Below are positions 52,054 through 53,765 of a stretch of 53,765 nucleotides of DNA, piece by piece; the stretch's first letter is position 1, and every line of letters begins with the position of its first letter. The notes under the pieces were generated by a model. That model saw nothing but the letters and a program-made list of their open reading frames with translations, had not been told where the DNA came from and did no database searches. The position numbers and the translations under genes are program-made. The stretch comes from a virus (Duplodnaviria > Caudoviricetes): positions 1 to 53,765 of the IMG/VR virus record IMGVR_UViG_3300032046_000032, one strand, 5' to 3'.

Positions 52054-53765
52054 AAAACAGGGCGAAGTTGACGTCATACTGCGCTTCGAAATGGATGAGG
52101 CTGCTCAAAAGAGGGTTCAGCAGGGTATATCTACCATTGGCGAAGAGCTCGATAAGCTAAGAGTGATTGTAGCAGACGAAACTGCTTCTAAGTTAGCTCA
52201 CGCAAATGAGATGAAGCGTCTGAAGGATCTCGCGACTGAAGCCCTAAGAGTTCAGTCAGGCTGGAGACGCATGCAGTTTGCTGCACGGAGTATGGGGGAA
52301 GTGTTTATGATCACAACGGCTGCTAGTACAGCCATGTTTGTCGGAGCCGTTGCCTTAGCTAGCAAGTATGTTACAGACGCAAAAGCCGCAACTGCGGTCG
52401 TTCAGGGCTGGCGTGTAAGCGTCGACGAGCTAAAAACATCCCAAAGCCGTGTTGGAGCAGTGTTAGCGGCACAGATACTGCCTCTACTGGAGAAAGCGGC
52501 CGCTCTAGCTGATAAGGCAGCCGCATTTGCGGAAGCACATCCAGGCGCACTTAAGGCTGCTGTGAGCGTAGCGGGTGTGGTTATGGGTCTTTCCGCTATA
52601 GGCATGGCTGTCTCTAAGGGCATCAAAATCTATGCTGACATCGGCTACATGGCAGCGACGTACCGTCAGGCTGCAGCCGCAGCAGTATACGAAACAGCAT
52701 CAGTAGTAGACCTTGAAGCGGCTAACATACACATGGCAGCTGCTACTATGCAGGTTACTGGCGCTGTCGCAGCTCCTGTTGCCGGTGCTGTAACAGGCCC
52801 TGCAGCAGCCGCTGCCGCGGCATGGGCAGCAGCTAAATCGGCAGGTGCAGCAGCACAAAAAGCCTCTGAAACGGCAGCAAAGGCAGTAGCAGGCACGCTC
52901 GGGGCGAAATTGGCGGCGGAAAATGCAGTCATAGCTTGGGCAAAGGCACACGAAGCTGAAAACGCATACTGGAAAGCAGCGACAGCAGCTAGGGCAGCAG
53001 AAGCAGCTCCGCTAGGGGCCGCACCAGCTGCGGCTAAGGGTGCAGGCCTCCTGGCAACTCTCCCAGCTATCATTACGGTAGTGTTAGGGATTATGCTAGG
53101 CATGGGCATCTACGACAAGATCGCAGAAGCAACAGGTCGATCGAGTGCTAAGACCATCCTGGGCCAATGGACTTCAGTGGGTGCAGGAGCCGGGCTGGGT
53201 GCGCTTGGTGCAGGAGTTGCAGGGGTGAAAGCGCTGCTCTCAGGGAAGGATATCATTGAAGCCATACGTACGGGTGCCACGATTGGTTTCCGAGAAGGTT
53301 TTCTAGGAATGAGCAAGATGACCGGCGTTGCTCCTACCCCTGCCGTCGGTTCTACTGAGTACATGAGCATGTTTGTCAAGCAGAATCTCCAACTGTGGAT
53401 AGACTATAACAAGCAGATGACCACGGTGACTGAGACCTACAACAAGCAGCGGTTAGCTTTGGACGTTACCTACGAGAAACAACGTACTGACACGGTAGCT
53501 AGTTACAACCAGCAACGTGCGGCAGCTGAGGAGAGTTACAATCTTGGTGTTTCTAGGTCTTGGCGTGACTTCGAGGAGGGCGAAAGTGCTTCCATACAAC
53601 AGTACTACGAAGACAGAGTAAAAGCTGCCCAAGACTACGCGAAGAGAATTCGCGAGATGGAGCAGGACCACCAGATTGAAATGGCCCGTGATTTGGAGGA
53701 TCACGAAGATAGACAACGAGAGTTATTGGAGTCACGCGACGGGCTGGCGATGATACGTGAAGACG
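52040..53765 (+). CDS. Tape measure protein, N-terminal part (about 814 aa in total across the join)
   Basis: Open frame from ATG 52040 (MAWAEKQGEVDVILRFEMD...) to the window end; Ala-rich; missed by the ORF track because there is no stop in the window. Confidence 0.85.
   Translation, partial: MAWAEKQGEVDVILRFEMDEAAQKRVQQGISTIGEELDKLRVIVADETASKLAHANEMKRLKDLATEALRVQSGWRRMQFAARSMGEVFMITTAASTAMFVGAVALASKYVTDAKAATAVVQGWRVSVDELKTSQSRVGAVLAAQILPLLEKAAALADKAAAFAEAHPGALKAAVSVAGVVMGLSAIGMAVSKGIKIYADIGYMAATYRQAAAAAVYETASVVDLEAANIHMAAATMQVTGAVAAPVAGAVTGPAAAAAAAWAAAKSAGAAAQKASETAAKAVAGTLGAKLAAENAVIAWAKAHEAENAYWKAATAARAAEAAPLGAAPAAAKGAGLLATLPAIITVVLGIMLGMGIYDKIAEATGRSSAKTILGQWTSVGAGAGLGALGAGVAGVKALLSGKDIIEAIRTGATIGFREGFLGMSKMTGVAPTPAVGSTEYMSMFVKQNLQLWIDYNKQMTTVTETYNKQRLALDVTYEKQRTDTVASYNQQRAAAEESYNLGVSRSWRDFEEGESASIQQYYEDRVKAAQDYAKRIREMEQDHQIEMARDLEDHEDRQRELLESRDGLAMIRED
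53639..53765. repeat. Terminal direct repeat, right copy
   Basis: Identical to 1-127. Confidence 0.95.

Noticed and set aside
1-53765. Stop-codon reassignment suggested by frequent TAG/CTAG
   Set aside because: Genes are full length in the standard code, several end at TAG, and there is no suppressor tRNA.

Overview
This window is a complete, circularly permuted genome of a tailed dsDNA phage with siphovirus-like gene order. The unique length is 53,638 bp: bases 1-127 are repeated exactly at 53639-53765, and the tape-measure gene runs across the join. The plus strand (39.5 kb through the join to 9.5 kb) carries terminase, portal, head, neck, tail and lysis genes, including a -1 frameshifted tail chaperone. 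The minus strand from 9.5 to 25.6 kb carries replication and recombination genes (UDG-fused family A polymerase, primase-helicase, SSB, AAA ATPase, PD-(D/E)XK exonuclease, SNF2 helicase, DEDDh exonuclease, RuvC-like resolvase) and an initiator-type tRNA-Met. It also carries a 7-deazaguanine DNA-modification cluster (folE, queE, queD, queC and a compact TGT/DpdA-like gene) interleaved with homing endonucleases and a tiny membrane protein. The 25.6-38.8 kb segment is an early/accessory region of small genes. I found no integrase or repressor, so the phage is probably lytic. Sigma70-type promoters, strong AAAGGAG ribosome-binding sites, a GH25 endolysin and no recognisable spanins suggest a monoderm host, which I cannot identify from sequence alone. 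The most novel-looking signals are in the early region: (i) ten copies of a 40-bp promoter cassette with a conserved upstream box, mostly 18-bp spacers and a GATC-containing dyad in the spacer; (ii) five paralogous MerR/Xis-like HTH proteins; (iii) a three-copy covarying pseudoknot-like RNA motif placed just before ribosome-binding sites; (iv) a strong local GATC cluster; (v) a perfect 42-bp inverted repeat flanking about 3.9 kb. All calls come from reading motifs by eye; no database searches were run.
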